Positions 17,793 through 27,729 of a stretch of DNA of 64,000 bases are shown here, piece by piece. How positions within the stretch are numbered: the first letter of the stretch is position 1; every line of letters begins with the position of its first letter. Source of the DNA: a virus. A program made the position numbers and the translations under genes. Below the pieces are notes generated by a model. That model saw nothing but the letters and a program-made list of their open reading frames with translations. It had not been told where the DNA came from and did not search any database. The stretch spans positions 37,695 through 101,694 of the IMG/VR virus record IMGVR_UViG_3300046048_000227, one strand, 5' to 3'.

Positions 17793-18578
17793 ATGGCAAC
17801 TGCTAAACCTAAAAGTGTGCAAGAAGCTATCCTACGAGTGATGAATGATGTAGGTTACGTAAAGAAAACAGGTACTATGGAATTTGGTAGAACTTCGTAC
17901 ACCTTTGCTCAAGAACGTGAGTTGATCGCCGCTCTACGTCCTAGTATGGTAGCTAATGGTCTTATAATGGTTCCTAAAGGAGTTACTCCTGGAACAGAAA
18001 CATACGATACCTTTACTAAAAACAGCAAGCTTTGGAGAATTTATAGAGCAGAGTTTCGTTTTGAAATTAGCCACCCAGACTCTGATACATCTATCCTAGT
18101 ATCTGTTCCTGGAGAAGGTGCGGATAATGGTGACAAAGCTTCAAATAAAGCGGCTACTGGTGCAGTGAAATATGCTTTACGGCAAACTTTCTTAATTGAA
18201 ACTGGTGACGATCCAGACAATACTAGCTCAGATGAAATATCTGGTGATGAGCATAACACTGTTACCAAGGCAGAAGACAGCAAAGAAAAAGCTACTACAC
18301 CAAAAACAGATGACACAGCTATGCAGAAAGCACTAGCGTACAAAGTACCTGCGGGGCTTCCTCACAAAGGGGACACCATTGCTAAAGCAATGACACAGAA
18401 ACCAACAGGCGTTATGGTAATCAGCTTCTTGGCTGGTATGGAGCCTTCTGGTAATGGCACAATGTATGAGCCAAAAGATGAGGAAGGACAGAAGGTGCAA
18501 GCTGCCGCAAAGTTTGTCTACGGGAACCACGCTGAATTTAAAAAGCTGTTAGCAGAATACAAAAAAACAGTTAACTAG
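17793..18578 (+). CDS. erf: ERF-family single-strand annealing protein
   Basis: GEGADNGDKASNKAATGAVKYALRQTFLIETGDDPD matches the ERF motif. Confidence 0.85.
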   Translation: MATAKPKSVQEAILRVMNDVGYVKKTGTMEFGRTSYTFAQERELIAALRPSMVANGLIMVPKGVTPGTETYDTFTKNSKLWRIYRAEFRFEISHPDSDTSILVSVPGEGADNGDKASNKAATGAVKYALRQTFLIETGDDPDNTSSDEISGDEHNTVTKAEDSKEKATTPKTDDTAMQKALAYKVPAGLPHKGDTIAKAMTQKPTGVMVISFLAGMEPSGNGTMYEPKDEEGQKVQAAAKFVYGNHAEFKKLLAEYKKTVN

Positions 18579-18601
18579 TAATACAGAAACAGGAATAAGA
18601 G

Positions 18602-18632
18602 AAACCCCCCTAAACTAGGGGGGTTATTTTTT
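18602..18632. terminator. probable bidirectional terminator between convergent modules
   Basis: AACCCCCCTA-AAC-TAGGGGGGTT followed by a T-run. Confidence 0.75.
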
Positions 18633-18662
18633 CCTCAAATAGATACAAAAGATACAGCTTAT

Positions 18663-20108
18663 TTAAAATTCCCACTGCTCTCCAACGTCCTCTACCAACT
18701 CAGCTACAATATCTACCTCTTCCCTGCTGCGGACAGTGCCATCGTATAAGTACCCAACACCTTCAGTTACTGGGATTTGGAACGGTACACTATCAAAGAT
18801 ATCATACCTAACAAGAGCTAACCCCTGTTGCCAGACACTTTTAAGTGTACTACCTGGAACTGTTCCATCTATCTTACAAGCTGTGCCAGGGGAAAAGGCG
18901 TATACATGGTCTGTGCCTTCTGCGTATCTAAGGTTATTTGTTGCAAACTCTCGTCTATGTATATGACCAAAAATAGTATTAACATGGCTTTCTCTAGCTA
19001 TCTTAGAGGCTGTCATACCAGCACCAGCAGACACAGTGTTACCGTGGATAACTCTAGTATGCCCATTACCTAACCATACCTCATTATTAGGATAGCCCCC
19101 GTACCAATCTATATCTAAGTTGTCAAAACCTAACAAGTTCGGTATGCTCCAAGCATCAAAACTTTCTACAGCATCAGCAGATCGTAAACCATATGCCCAA
19201 GGTACGTGCTTAGCTATAGCATCTCTTAGTCGTTTGTCATGGTTCCCTTCTATAACATCTATGTCTGCATCTTGTGCCTCTTGTCTAAACTTAGACAACC
19301 ACCAGCTAGCCTCAATAATAGCAGGCTGTGTGTGGCGCACAAACTCAGGTGATCTTAAGAATTTATCAGACCAGTCAGGAAGATCAAGCATATCTCCTAA
19401 GAAGATAACCTTACTTACCTTTATTTCCTGAAGTATCTGTAAAGCTATGTCTAGTACTCTCCTGTCATGGAAAGGCACCAACTTTCTATACTTACTATAT
19501 GGATCAGAAGTAAACCCAAACTGTGTGTCTGGAATTATCAAAGCACTATGGTCATAAAATGTCTTTTTACTTGTAGGGGTCTGGTAATCAAACGAAAAAG
19601 ATACGCTCTGTATTGTTGGGTTTATCGGTACTGGGTTTCTGCGTACTAACCAAACCTTAACTTGGGTTAGCCCTTCTTTATGTATCTTACCGGAGTCTTC
19701 TAACTCCCCTTCTACTACAACACCGTCTATCCACCGCATACTAACTTGTTTATCTTTCCTGCCCATATGCCAGTTATTAACTATGTACCTGTCAATCTTC
19801 CACTCTTCTAAATCAACGTTGCAGTATTCTAATAACTGATCTAAGGTAGTAATCTCACTACCTTTAAGGCTAGATAAAACTTTATGGTTAAGGTCTTCAT
19901 TGTTTTCTTTAATGCCTACACTAGCATCTTCTCCTAGCATTTCTTTAGCAAATCTTCTAAGATACCTTCTTAGACTGTTATCTTTTATGCCGTCTAGATG
20001 AACATCTTCACCTGCTTGGTACCTCTCATATAAATCAAGCTTCTCATCCCACGGCATACTAGACCAGCTACTACGTCCTGGTCTTCCTCTTCTGCGTTTA
20101 GAAGTCAC
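18663..20108 (-). CDS. calcineurin-like metallophosphoesterase
   Basis: PDTQ, GDMLD, GNHD, HG and GHIH motifs. Confidence 0.85.
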   Translation of the reverse strand: MTSKRRRGRPGRSSWSSMPWDEKLDLYERYQAGEDVHLDGIKDNSLRRYLRRFAKEMLGEDASVGIKENNEDLNHKVLSSLKGSEITTLDQLLEYCNVDLEEWKIDRYIVNNWHMGRKDKQVSMRWIDGVVVEGELEDSGKIHKEGLTQVKVWLVRRNPVPINPTIQSVSFSFDYQTPTSKKTFYDHSALIIPDTQFGFTSDPYSKYRKLVPFHDRRVLDIALQILQEIKVSKVIFLGDMLDLPDWSDKFLRSPEFVRHTQPAIIEASWWLSKFRQEAQDADIDVIEGNHDKRLRDAIAKHVPWAYGLRSADAVESFDAWSIPNLLGFDNLDIDWYGGYPNNEVWLGNGHTRVIHGNTVSAGAGMTASKIARESHVNTIFGHIHRREFATNNLRYAEGTDHVYAFSPGTACKIDGTVPGSTLKSVWQQGLALVRYDIFDSVPFQIPVTEGVGYLYDGTVRSREEVDIVAELVEDVGEQWEF

Positions 20109-20112
20109 TATT

Positions 20113-20445
20113 CTACTGCTCCTTGTTCTTTAGGGCTTTGAAAAGTCTCCTGAAATCTCCAACTGTAATTATCTTTGAGTTAATTTCTACTAGCGTTGAA
20201 GAGTCTGGATAATCATTTTTCCAGGCTTTAGCAAATTCTTTTGCCACTGGTTTAAATGGGTCTAACGCTACGTCCAGTGGATCACGTACAGCTTCTATGA
20301 TACTTGGAATAGCCGTTCTTCGTATACCAGCTACAGCTAAAAGCTCTGTCCTAGAGGCAGCTAATACTTTTTCTGGGGTGTCATACTCAGCTTCTATAAG
20401 AGCGTCAGCTATATCTTCAGGTAAAAGTTCTTTAAGATCACGCAT
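20113..20445 (-). CDS. helix-hairpin-helix domain protein
   Basis: ASRTELLAVAGI HhH-like motif; own promoter. Confidence 0.6.
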   Translation of the reverse strand: MRDLKELLPEDIADALIEAEYDTPEKVLAASRTELLAVAGIRRTAIPSIIEAVRDPLDVALDPFKPVAKEFAKAWKNDYPDSSTLVEINSKIITVGDFRRLFKALKNKEQ

Positions 20446-20470
20446 AAAACATACCTCCTACTATAGGTAT

Positions 20471-20499
20471 ATTATACCACACTTATCTAATTTATACAA
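20471..20499 (-). promoter_or_regulatory. sigma70-type promoter
   Basis: Minus strand TTGTAT-17-TATAAT, TGTGG extension. Confidence 0.6.
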
Positions 20500-20503
20500 G
20501 TTA

Positions 20504-20866
20504 TTAGGCTCTAGGAAGTTTCAAAGCAGCAACTGTTACTGAAGCAGTTGACTCATAAGTAACTATAAAAGCTTGTTCAATTGCATTATCAGCGTCATAC
20601 TGTTCGTACATACTTGGGAAGGGGCCAATCATCCGTTCTTCTCCAGCGGTTACTGTTACAACACGATCAGCAATTACTAAGCCATCTGCTGTATTAGGTG
20701 TTGCTATTGTAACATCAACATCCCCGCCGCTGCCATTAATAACATGAAGAAACGTCCTTCTTCCCGCGTTATCTACAGCGTGCCCGTCTCCAGATACAGC
20801 AGCTACATAAACTGCCTCTAGCCCTGTTCTTACAATATCTTGTACTACTAATTGAGTGGTAGCCAT
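20504..20866 (-). CDS. hypothetical beta-rich protein, possibly a virion protein
   Basis: 120 aa, VTVTAGEERMIGPF; GGAG RBS. Confidence 0.6.
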   Translation of the reverse strand: MATTQLVVQDIVRTGLEAVYVAAVSGDGHAVDNAGRRTFLHVINGSGGDVDVTIATPNTADGLVIADRVVTVTAGEERMIGPFPSMYEQYDADNAIEQAFIVTYESTASVTVAALKLPRA

Positions 20867-21177
20867 TATTTTGTCTCCTTAACTTTACTATTACCGTTCA
20901 TATCGGCTAGCTTTCTACTTAAATTTAAAATTATCCTATCTTTCACCAAGCTTTCAGCCTGTGCTTCTATACATTTTTCTTTTAACCTTTCTAGCTCGAT
21001 CCGTAAATAAGCTATTGTCTCTGTTGATGCACCAGCAATTTCATCAACAGCTTCAGTAGTTTTAGTAAATTTATCTAATGGTTCTTTCCTTTTAGCTATA
21101 GCATAATCAAACGCCTTAGTCAAAAGAACAGTAATAATACTAGCAGCTATTGGGAGTACAACATTTAATTCATCCAT
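20866..21177 (-). CDS. membrane protein with coiled coil (lysis cassette)
   Basis: Likely start MDELN at 21177; one N-terminal TM helix then coiled coil. Confidence 0.55.
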   Translation of the reverse strand: MDELNVVLPIAASIITVLLTKAFDYAIAKRKEPLDKFTKTTEAVDEIAGASTETIAYLRIELERLKEKCIEAQAESLVKDRIILNLSRKLADMNGNSKVKETK

Positions 21178-21577
21178 TTCCAAGTCTCCAGTAAGCCCAG
21201 GATGTAAGCAACGTAAGTAGAGCGTATGTGCCTGCTGGAAAGGAAAACGGTATACTCTTAAAAAGAAGTGCTGATACAAAAGCCCATATACCTACAGAAA
21301 ACAGCATAACTCCTCTCTGTAGTCTTACATTACCAAGCGATTTAGCTATAAGGTTCCCAAAACCGCATAAAGTAAAAACTGATATCCAAAAAACATTTGA
21401 AGCGTGCTGTGCCATAGGCACTGTTACACCACAAGCTGGCCCGTTGCAGCCAATAAGATAAATGATCACCCACCACAAAGCAGTGAAGGAAGTAAACAGC
21501 ACAACTGGTGTAGGATCAGCCGTAACGAGGGGCACAAGCAGCGGCTTTACTATTCTTTCGTTTATAAAATTTTTCAT
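21170..21577 (-). CDS. multi-pass membrane protein (holin-like)
   Basis: About four hydrophobic segments, near the endolysin. Confidence 0.55.
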   Translation of the reverse strand: MKNFINERIVKPLLVPLVTADPTPVVLFTSFTALWWVIIYLIGCNGPACGVTVPMAQHASNVFWISVFTLCGFGNLIAKSLGNVRLQRGVMLFSVGIWAFVSALLFKSIPFSFPAGTYALLTLLTSWAYWRLGNG

Positions 21578-21636
21578 ATTAATTCCTCAACCTCTCTCTA
21601 TATCTACAATCGAGTTACCGTTGAGGTTGTAGGATA

Positions 21637-22047
21637 TTAAGGCTCTAAGTCATCCTCTGTAGGTTGTTTAGCCACTTCTTCTGTTGGTTCCTCAAAGAAA
21701 AATGATAGTGTTCTATATGTTGACCCCTTAAGCTTAACATCACCCAACAAATCTTCGGTCATTAAAGGAATAGATATCTCTACTTCTTCGTTTTCTAAGA
21801 AATCATTAAAGGCATCGTCAACTTCTTTCTTTCGACTATCCTTAAGTTTGGCATAGTCAACAGAGACGTTTAATGAAGCAAATAAACTCTTACGTCCTTC
21901 TTCAATAATTTTTAGTTGCTCTACCAATTGCTTAGATAATACACTAATTCTTCTACCAGCCCTTATGTTCCATTCTTTACTTTCAAGTTCTTGTAAAGCT
22001 GGTTGTGTTGCAAATACTTCTCTTAATGTTAGTGTTACTTTTTCCAT
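21637..22047 (-). CDS. hypothetical protein
   Basis: 136-aa helical ORF, GAGGG RBS. Confidence 0.6.
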   Translation of the reverse strand: MEKVTLTLREVFATQPALQELESKEWNIRAGRRISVLSKQLVEQLKIIEEGRKSLFASLNVSVDYAKLKDSRKKEVDDAFNDFLENEEVEISIPLMTEDLLGDVKLKGSTYRTLSFFFEEPTEEVAKQPTEDDLEP

Positions 22048-22113
22048 AATTCCCTCTCAACTCAAATAGGGAGGATATTGCTATCCTCCCTTTAATTCAT
22101 CTCTTATAAAATA

Positions 22114-22518
22114 CTAACCCTGCCCGTCTGGTAGTTCTGGTTCAGTCGGTTGGATTCCAATTTTACCCAACACTCCTGTAAGAACTCCAAAGGATGCAAA
22201 GTGACCAAACAAAGAGGCTAGTATTTTAGCAGACACGGTAGCATATATAGTCCACCCAATACCACTAGACACGGTTTGGTACGCTTCAGGAACAAGTTCA
22301 GCGGGTGCCAAGAGTACAAACTCCGCAACTAACCAACCCAAGATTGGGAGACCGTTGCTTGATAAGTAGTCAGTAATCTTGTCCCATGTAAACCTTTTTT
22401 GAGCTACGGCTGTAAGAACTCCGAAGCCTAAATCTAGCAGTGCAAAAATCACTAGCCAGATCAAAGGTGTCGCCACAGTATTAACATAGGCTAGAAAATC
22501 AGGAAGTATAATATCCAT
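22114..22518 (-). CDS. holin
   Basis: Three TM segments, LLDLGFGVLTA motif, immediately downstream of the endolysin. Confidence 0.7.
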   Translation of the reverse strand: MDIILPDFLAYVNTVATPLIWLVIFALLDLGFGVLTAVAQKRFTWDKITDYLSSNGLPILGWLVAEFVLLAPAELVPEAYQTVSSGIGWTIYATVSAKILASLFGHFASFGVLTGVLGKIGIQPTEPELPDGQG

Positions 22519-22530
22519 GTTGCTCTCCTC

Positions 22531-23634
22531 TTACTCTACAACGTCCACCCACTTCATGAGAGGTGTACCGTTATAGTCTACGAAGCAGACGTACATTTTG
22601 TCTGCACCAATCTTAGCCCATATACGCCCATCTGCCTCTTTAAATAGAGTGCCGTGTACAAAAGGCTTCTGTCCTTTACTTAAGTAACCAGCGTATGTAG
22701 CACTAGATACAATAGGAGCAGTTCTTTGGTTTAACCTATTAATTACTACCTCTGCTGCTCTTGGAGATGTTCCAGCAGGAGGCGGAGGAGGAGGTGTCTC
22801 ACTCATCTTAGGCTTACCAGTTAAAGCTTCCATCCAGTCAGCACCAGAAGTATAAGTAGTGGCGTTATAGTGCTGCCATACTTTATCTAAACTGTATACT
22901 CCATATCCAGGCAGGCTTAACTCATTCACCCTTACCTTAAAAGCTTTAAGGTCTGCTACTGTTGGCCCCCAAGAGCCTTCTACTCCTGGCTTACCTCTCC
23001 AGTAAGCGGGGGCAATAGGAACAAAATCATTAAATGGTGTGTTATCTAGAGCTTTATACTCTACGTAACACCTGTTTAACTGGGCTGTAGGGTTATGGGA
23101 AAACTCCCAATAAACTTGCGGAGAGTTAAAACCATTAACCTTATCGTGCCTTAACGCAGGTTTAAAAGGAAACTGCGGGAAGTTGGTAGGGAACCTATAA
23201 GAGTCTAGGTAAATAGGGATTCTTTTTGGTACAAAAGTAGAATCTAATAGTGTTTCCATTTTACTCTTGCTTCCGTACTGGTTCCAAACTCCTGACTCAG
23301 CATCTAAATCAACAAAACAAAGACCATACTTTTCAAACTTTTCTATAACTTCAGAAATCATAGAACCATCTGGCCCTGGCTTGTACCCGCTGGTATAAAT
23401 CCAAAACCCAACCTTTTTACCGCCGTCAGTCAGCGTTTTGATAAAGTGCGTAACCGCAGCAACATCACCATTTCTCCAGTTATAAGGGAAAGGGCCATCG
23501 ACTCCTGCTGAGTCAATCATCTTAAGGCTAATCCAGTTAGCTCCATAATAATTCATAAACTCAAGGACTTCTTCCGGTGTAGGAAGACTCCTTAGCTGCC
23601 ATGCCATAAAACCAAGACCTTTCTTTACAGTCAT
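22531..23634 (-). CDS. endolysin: GH25-like TIM barrel, Pro linker and SH3-like wall-binding domain
   Basis: DLDAE (DxE) motif, PQVYW, PPPPP linker, LNQRTAP...W SH3b-like end; GGAGG RBS before ATG 23634. Confidence 0.65.
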   Translation of the reverse strand: MTVKKGLGFMAWQLRSLPTPEEVLEFMNYYGANWISLKMIDSAGVDGPFPYNWRNGDVAAVTHFIKTLTDGGKKVGFWIYTSGYKPGPDGSMISEVIEKFEKYGLCFVDLDAESGVWNQYGSKSKMETLLDSTFVPKRIPIYLDSYRFPTNFPQFPFKPALRHDKVNGFNSPQVYWEFSHNPTAQLNRCYVEYKALDNTPFNDFVPIAPAYWRGKPGVEGSWGPTVADLKAFKVRVNELSLPGYGVYSLDKVWQHYNATTYTSGADWMEALTGKPKMSETPPPPPPAGTSPRAAEVVINRLNQRTAPIVSSATYAGYLSKGQKPFVHGTLFKEADGRIWAKIGADKMYVCFVDYNGTPLMKWVDVVE

Positions 23635-23662
23635 ATGTACCTCCACCTTTATATAGTACTTC

Positions 23663-23691
23663 ATTGTACCACACTAGTATCTCTATGTCAA
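23663..23691 (-). promoter_or_regulatory. sigma70-type promoter for the lysis genes
   Basis: Minus strand TTGACA-17-TACAAT, TGTGG extension. Confidence 0.7.
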
Positions 23692-23714
23692 GCTACATAC
23701 TACAATCACGCAGC

Positions 23715-24101
23715 TTATGTGTCTGTTCTGAATTTATTCATAGTCACACGATAGACAGTATCGACTAACGTATCATCACCCTCGACGAACTTTTCGTAGT
23801 TCTGCATCAGGGTGGCAATACTTGCTACGTCGGCGGCAGTTAGCCCAATTGCTTCTAAATCTGCATCAACTATTGGGTCGTCTCCGGCAGCATTATAGCC
23901 GCGGTCAAAATACACCTGTACCATGTCGGGTATTGTGTCACTAACTTTGGCTAGGTCAGTAACCAAGCCTTTCAATGTATTTACAAAAGTAATTTTATTG
24001 CTCATGTTCCACGCCTCCTCGGCCGTGTCAAAACGAATTATTGTGCTAGCATCTAATTGAAGATACCATTGTTCTAAAAGGGGGTCATAGCCAATTTCCA
24101 T
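23715..24101 (-). CDS. hypothetical protein, possibly a fibre chaperone
   Basis: AAGGAG RBS; follows the tail fibre gene. Confidence 0.55.
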   Translation of the reverse strand: MEIGYDPLLEQWYLQLDASTIIRFDTAEEAWNMSNKITFVNTLKGLVTDLAKVSDTIPDMVQVYFDRGYNAAGDDPIVDADLEAIGLTAADVASIATLMQNYEKFVEGDDTLVDTVYRVTMNKFRTDT

Positions 24102-24102
24102 T

Positions 24103-27100
24103 TTATACTCCTTCATACCAGAATGAAGCCTTGATATGTTTGTTAGCTCCGCCAGTAGACCAATTACCGCCAGTTACTGCTGGGAAAAATGCCGCAACTG
24201 TATAGCTTGCATTTATTTGAATTAGCCCCACAGCAGTAGTGCCACTATTAAGTATCCTGCAGAATTGGTATGAGTCAACATTGCTACTATTACGTTGGAC
24301 AGGTAAAGATACTTGACATGCGGTATTGTCACTTAGACCTTCAATATCTATTAGTACGAAAACCATCTTACCAACACGCTTGTAGTAACAGGCTGTTCTT
24401 GACCTAGACGACCATCCAAGAAATGTTGATGGTGTGTACGAAGTCCATGCGTTTCGGTAAACATCGCTGGTCATTGTAATACAATCGTTTGTTGGCGCGC
24501 TGTTATCTCCAACGTGTAATCCACCAGATATTATCGCCATGTTGCTTGCTGGATTGGTGCCAATCGTAGGCCCAACATAAAGACCACCCGTGCCTTTAAT
24601 GTCACCACCAATGGCAAGGACTTGGCCCGCAGTTGGATTGTATGTTCCAGGCGCGATACTGCCGGAGACTATTCCACCACCGACATGAAGGTCATTGTCT
24701 ATACCAAGATAGCCTGAGGCTCCTGATTGCCAAGAAGTCGTGTTATTCCCAATAAAGACACTCCCGTTATTAAGTTCAATATAGCCAGTTGGCGAAGTGG
24801 TCAGCCCTCTAACGGAAATATAAGCGGCTAAGGTATTATCAGGATAAGTCCATATTCCAACCTGAGCATAGGTTGATGTGGCAGACGATTCGGCTATAAG
24901 GTCAAGGTAAGCATCTTCACCAGAGTAATTTCTCGCAAATCCTACGACGGTTGTATAGGATTCAACACCTTGCAACCAGTGACTATTCAAATATCCAACA
25001 GAGTCGCCATAAATATTAACAAGTCTATAAGAATGAACATCTGCATAATGGTCTCCGACAGTCATACTTATTCCACCAGCATCAATTTTGACTGAACCAG
25101 AACCAGCAGTAATCACGCCTGGACTTGTAACATCCAATGTCCCTATTATCTGAGCATTTCCAGATGATGGCAAAGTAATAATATTAGTTGTACCCCTTCT
25201 CAGGTACAGAGTTGATGCGCTGTAATCGTACCAAAGATTGCCAATCGTACCCGTACTTAGGCCAATATGCACATCACCACTACTTAACAGTTGCATCGTG
25301 TTATAAGTACCACCGTACATATAAATACCAGCACTTGAAACGGTTACATATTCGCCACCAGCCACTCTACCAACGGTTACTGTTGAATCTTTGACAGTAA
25401 ACCACGCATTGCCGTCAGATATAAATTCCATCCCAGTTCCGCTTGCCTTCAAGTAATCACCAGAATCACCATAGATTCGAACATCTACTCCTGTGTAGTA
25501 GAAAACACCACTTGCAGAGTTGCCTATTCGCATCTTATAAGTTCCGCTATCGACACCCATCCAAATGCCGTTTCCACTAGCATAAGTATCTGTGGAAGCT
25601 CCATCACCCATGACAAACTTCGGCGTAGCAGGGTCTAGCCAAACTGTATTTGTTGTTCCTTCGTACAGCTTGAGGTCAAGACCATGTGCCTCAAATGATG
25701 TATCGGTCAATAGTAAATAGGTGTAGTTGGTATCCTGCCCCGCATAAAGCCCATACTCGCCCGTGAATCCAAGACCTGTCAGTTCACCCAAACGAGTATG
25801 AGTAGTGAAATTGGCAGGAGTCCACGGATTGGTTGTCCATGTGGTCACTTGACTGTAAGGCGCACCTGCCGCGTCGAGTACAGTTGCTTCCCAAACTCCA
25901 TTACCAGATGCGCCGTAGTCAAGAGCAATCGAGCCTGTAAAGACTGTGGCTAATGGAACGCCTCCATCGTCCATAGCATCCCACATCCATCGTTGTTCGC
26001 CGCCTGTCAGGTCTGTATAAGTATAAACTTGACCCCATACATCTGTAACTATTAGACCTCCGCCGCTAGTATCAATTACTCTCAGCTTTACATAGTCTCC
26101 AGAAGCAAAGATAGAAACATCTTCCCACCCTTCTAAGTCCTCTACATACAGGTCTTGCGCCATGTGCAGAGTACCATCAGCGACAGCACTTGGAATTTCT
26201 GTTGTCACGTAAATATCAGTTTCATCGTTTCCACTATCGTAGCTTGTGCTTGAAATGGTATACCAACCATTATTTCCTGTTGAGTTTTTAACACGACAAT
26301 TTTGTCTTGGGTTATCATCTATTTCTGTTGTCAAGTCACCAGCAACTGAAAAGTAATCGAGCGTTTGGTTGACCCCTACGATAGCACCTGGGTACACTGG
26401 AACAGTAAAATCTCTGCTTAGTCTAGCCCTGCTTTTAGTGATAATCAGACCACCAACAACAGCTTGATAAATGTCCGCTATAAAGGCTTGTACATGCAAC
26501 TCATCAGCATACAACGAGCGGAAATCGCCATGTCCTGCATAAGTTATGCCCCACCCTGTACTCTGGGACACCCAATGATCTGACTTCAAGGTTACATCTG
26601 TATACATCTCTACAGTACTAGTACCTCCAGGATGGAAAGTAATATCTCCATCAACAGTTCCTATTACCGTAGCATCTGAAAATAAAATGTCTCCGCCATA
26701 GTAGTCAAATGAACTAGCAGTTTCATCGAACACAATACGCAAACCTGTGGCGTCACCAATCCCACCCCCGTCTGTCATCTGTATCCAATTATCAACACTG
26801 CACACCTCACCAATACCAAGACGCAATAATTGCAGTTGTCCAGTCGTATCAGAAGCAAGGATAAAATCATTGGCTCCTGGATTAGAAGAAGTTGTAACAG
26901 CATGTTCGTGATCTGCTCTTACAAAAGAAGTACTGGTTCCTTCCACATTAGCAGTAGACTCTACATCAAGCGTAATTGGGGCGGCTGCTACTATAGCATG
27001 TACATGGTCTGCTCTAGAAAAAGAAGTACTAGTACCTTCAGCAGCAGCATCGTCAGGCTGTATAGTACCAGCAGCCGCAGCAGCTATAGCATGAGTGTGG

Positions 27101-27729
27101 TCTGATCTAGCTAAAGAAGTACTTGAGCCTTCAGCCGCACTAGCATCTGGCTGTATTGTGCCAACAATAGCAGTAGACACAGGATGTTCATGATCGTGGT
27201 GTGAAGGATAAGCACTAGCACCTGTGCTTCCAGCGTCTCCAGCGTTAACAGTTGTAGGTGTTGTACCAGAGAAATCAAGTGATACTTGCTGTCCTGTAAT
27301 ATCCAAGCCTGTAGTTACAGTAACTAAATCATGATGAGCATCAACATCAATTATGTGTGCATTGTAAGCAATCTCAAATGTAGCAAGATCAACACCATCT
27401 ACAGTACCGCCAAGTATTATATTCCTTTCAACATTTAAGTCTGCTTCGTATGTAACATCTGTATTTTGTATATATACAGTAGTGTGCTGTCCAGCATGAA
27501 CAGGCTCTATATTCATGTCGCCGCCGTATGTCCATGTTTGACCACCAAGTGTGCCACCTATAGTATCAGCAGTAATTGACTTAGCATAAACATTGTCATA
27601 ACGCCTATTAGACGCACCAAGATCATACGTATCTGTGGCACTGGGACGAATATCACCGCTGTGTACTTGATCCTTATCTTTTCTTACAAAATAAGGAGTT
27701 AATAAACTTACTTGTTGCTGGTCAGCCAT
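24103..27729 (-). CDS. tail fibre / receptor-binding protein
   Basis: 1208 aa after the hub gene; four RxDHxH-type repeats; C-terminal YKRVGKMVFV...SLPV fibre-tip motif. Confidence 0.75.
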   Translation of the reverse strand: MADQQQVSLLTPYFVRKDKDQVHSGDIRPSATDTYDLGASNRRYDNVYAKSITADTIGGTLGGQTWTYGGDMNIEPVHAGQHTTVYIQNTDVTYEADLNVERNIILGGTVDGVDLATFEIAYNAHIIDVDAHHDLVTVTTGLDITGQQVSLDFSGTTPTTVNAGDAGSTGASAYPSHHDHEHPVSTAIVGTIQPDASAAEGSSTSLARSDHTHAIAAAAAGTIQPDDAAAEGTSTSFSRADHVHAIVAAAPITLDVESTANVEGTSTSFVRADHEHAVTTSSNPGANDFILASDTTGQLQLLRLGIGEVCSVDNWIQMTDGGGIGDATGLRIVFDETASSFDYYGGDILFSDATVIGTVDGDITFHPGGTSTVEMYTDVTLKSDHWVSQSTGWGITYAGHGDFRSLYADELHVQAFIADIYQAVVGGLIITKSRARLSRDFTVPVYPGAIVGVNQTLDYFSVAGDLTTEIDDNPRQNCRVKNSTGNNGWYTISSTSYDSGNDETDIYVTTEIPSAVADGTLHMAQDLYVEDLEGWEDVSIFASGDYVKLRVIDTSGGGLIVTDVWGQVYTYTDLTGGEQRWMWDAMDDGGVPLATVFTGSIALDYGASGNGVWEATVLDAAGAPYSQVTTWTTNPWTPANFTTHTRLGELTGLGFTGEYGLYAGQDTNYTYLLLTDTSFEAHGLDLKLYEGTTNTVWLDPATPKFVMGDGASTDTYASGNGIWMGVDSGTYKMRIGNSASGVFYYTGVDVRIYGDSGDYLKASGTGMEFISDGNAWFTVKDSTVTVGRVAGGEYVTVSSAGIYMYGGTYNTMQLLSSGDVHIGLSTGTIGNLWYDYSASTLYLRRGTTNIITLPSSGNAQIIGTLDVTSPGVITAGSGSVKIDAGGISMTVGDHYADVHSYRLVNIYGDSVGYLNSHWLQGVESYTTVVGFARNYSGEDAYLDLIAESSATSTYAQVGIWTYPDNTLAAYISVRGLTTSPTGYIELNNGSVFIGNNTTSWQSGASGYLGIDNDLHVGGGIVSGSIAPGTYNPTAGQVLAIGGDIKGTGGLYVGPTIGTNPASNMAIISGGLHVGDNSAPTNDCITMTSDVYRNAWTSYTPSTFLGWSSRSRTACYYKRVGKMVFVLIDIEGLSDNTACQVSLPVQRNSSNVDSYQFCRILNSGTTAVGLIQINASYTVAAFFPAVTGGNWSTGGANKHIKASFWYEGV

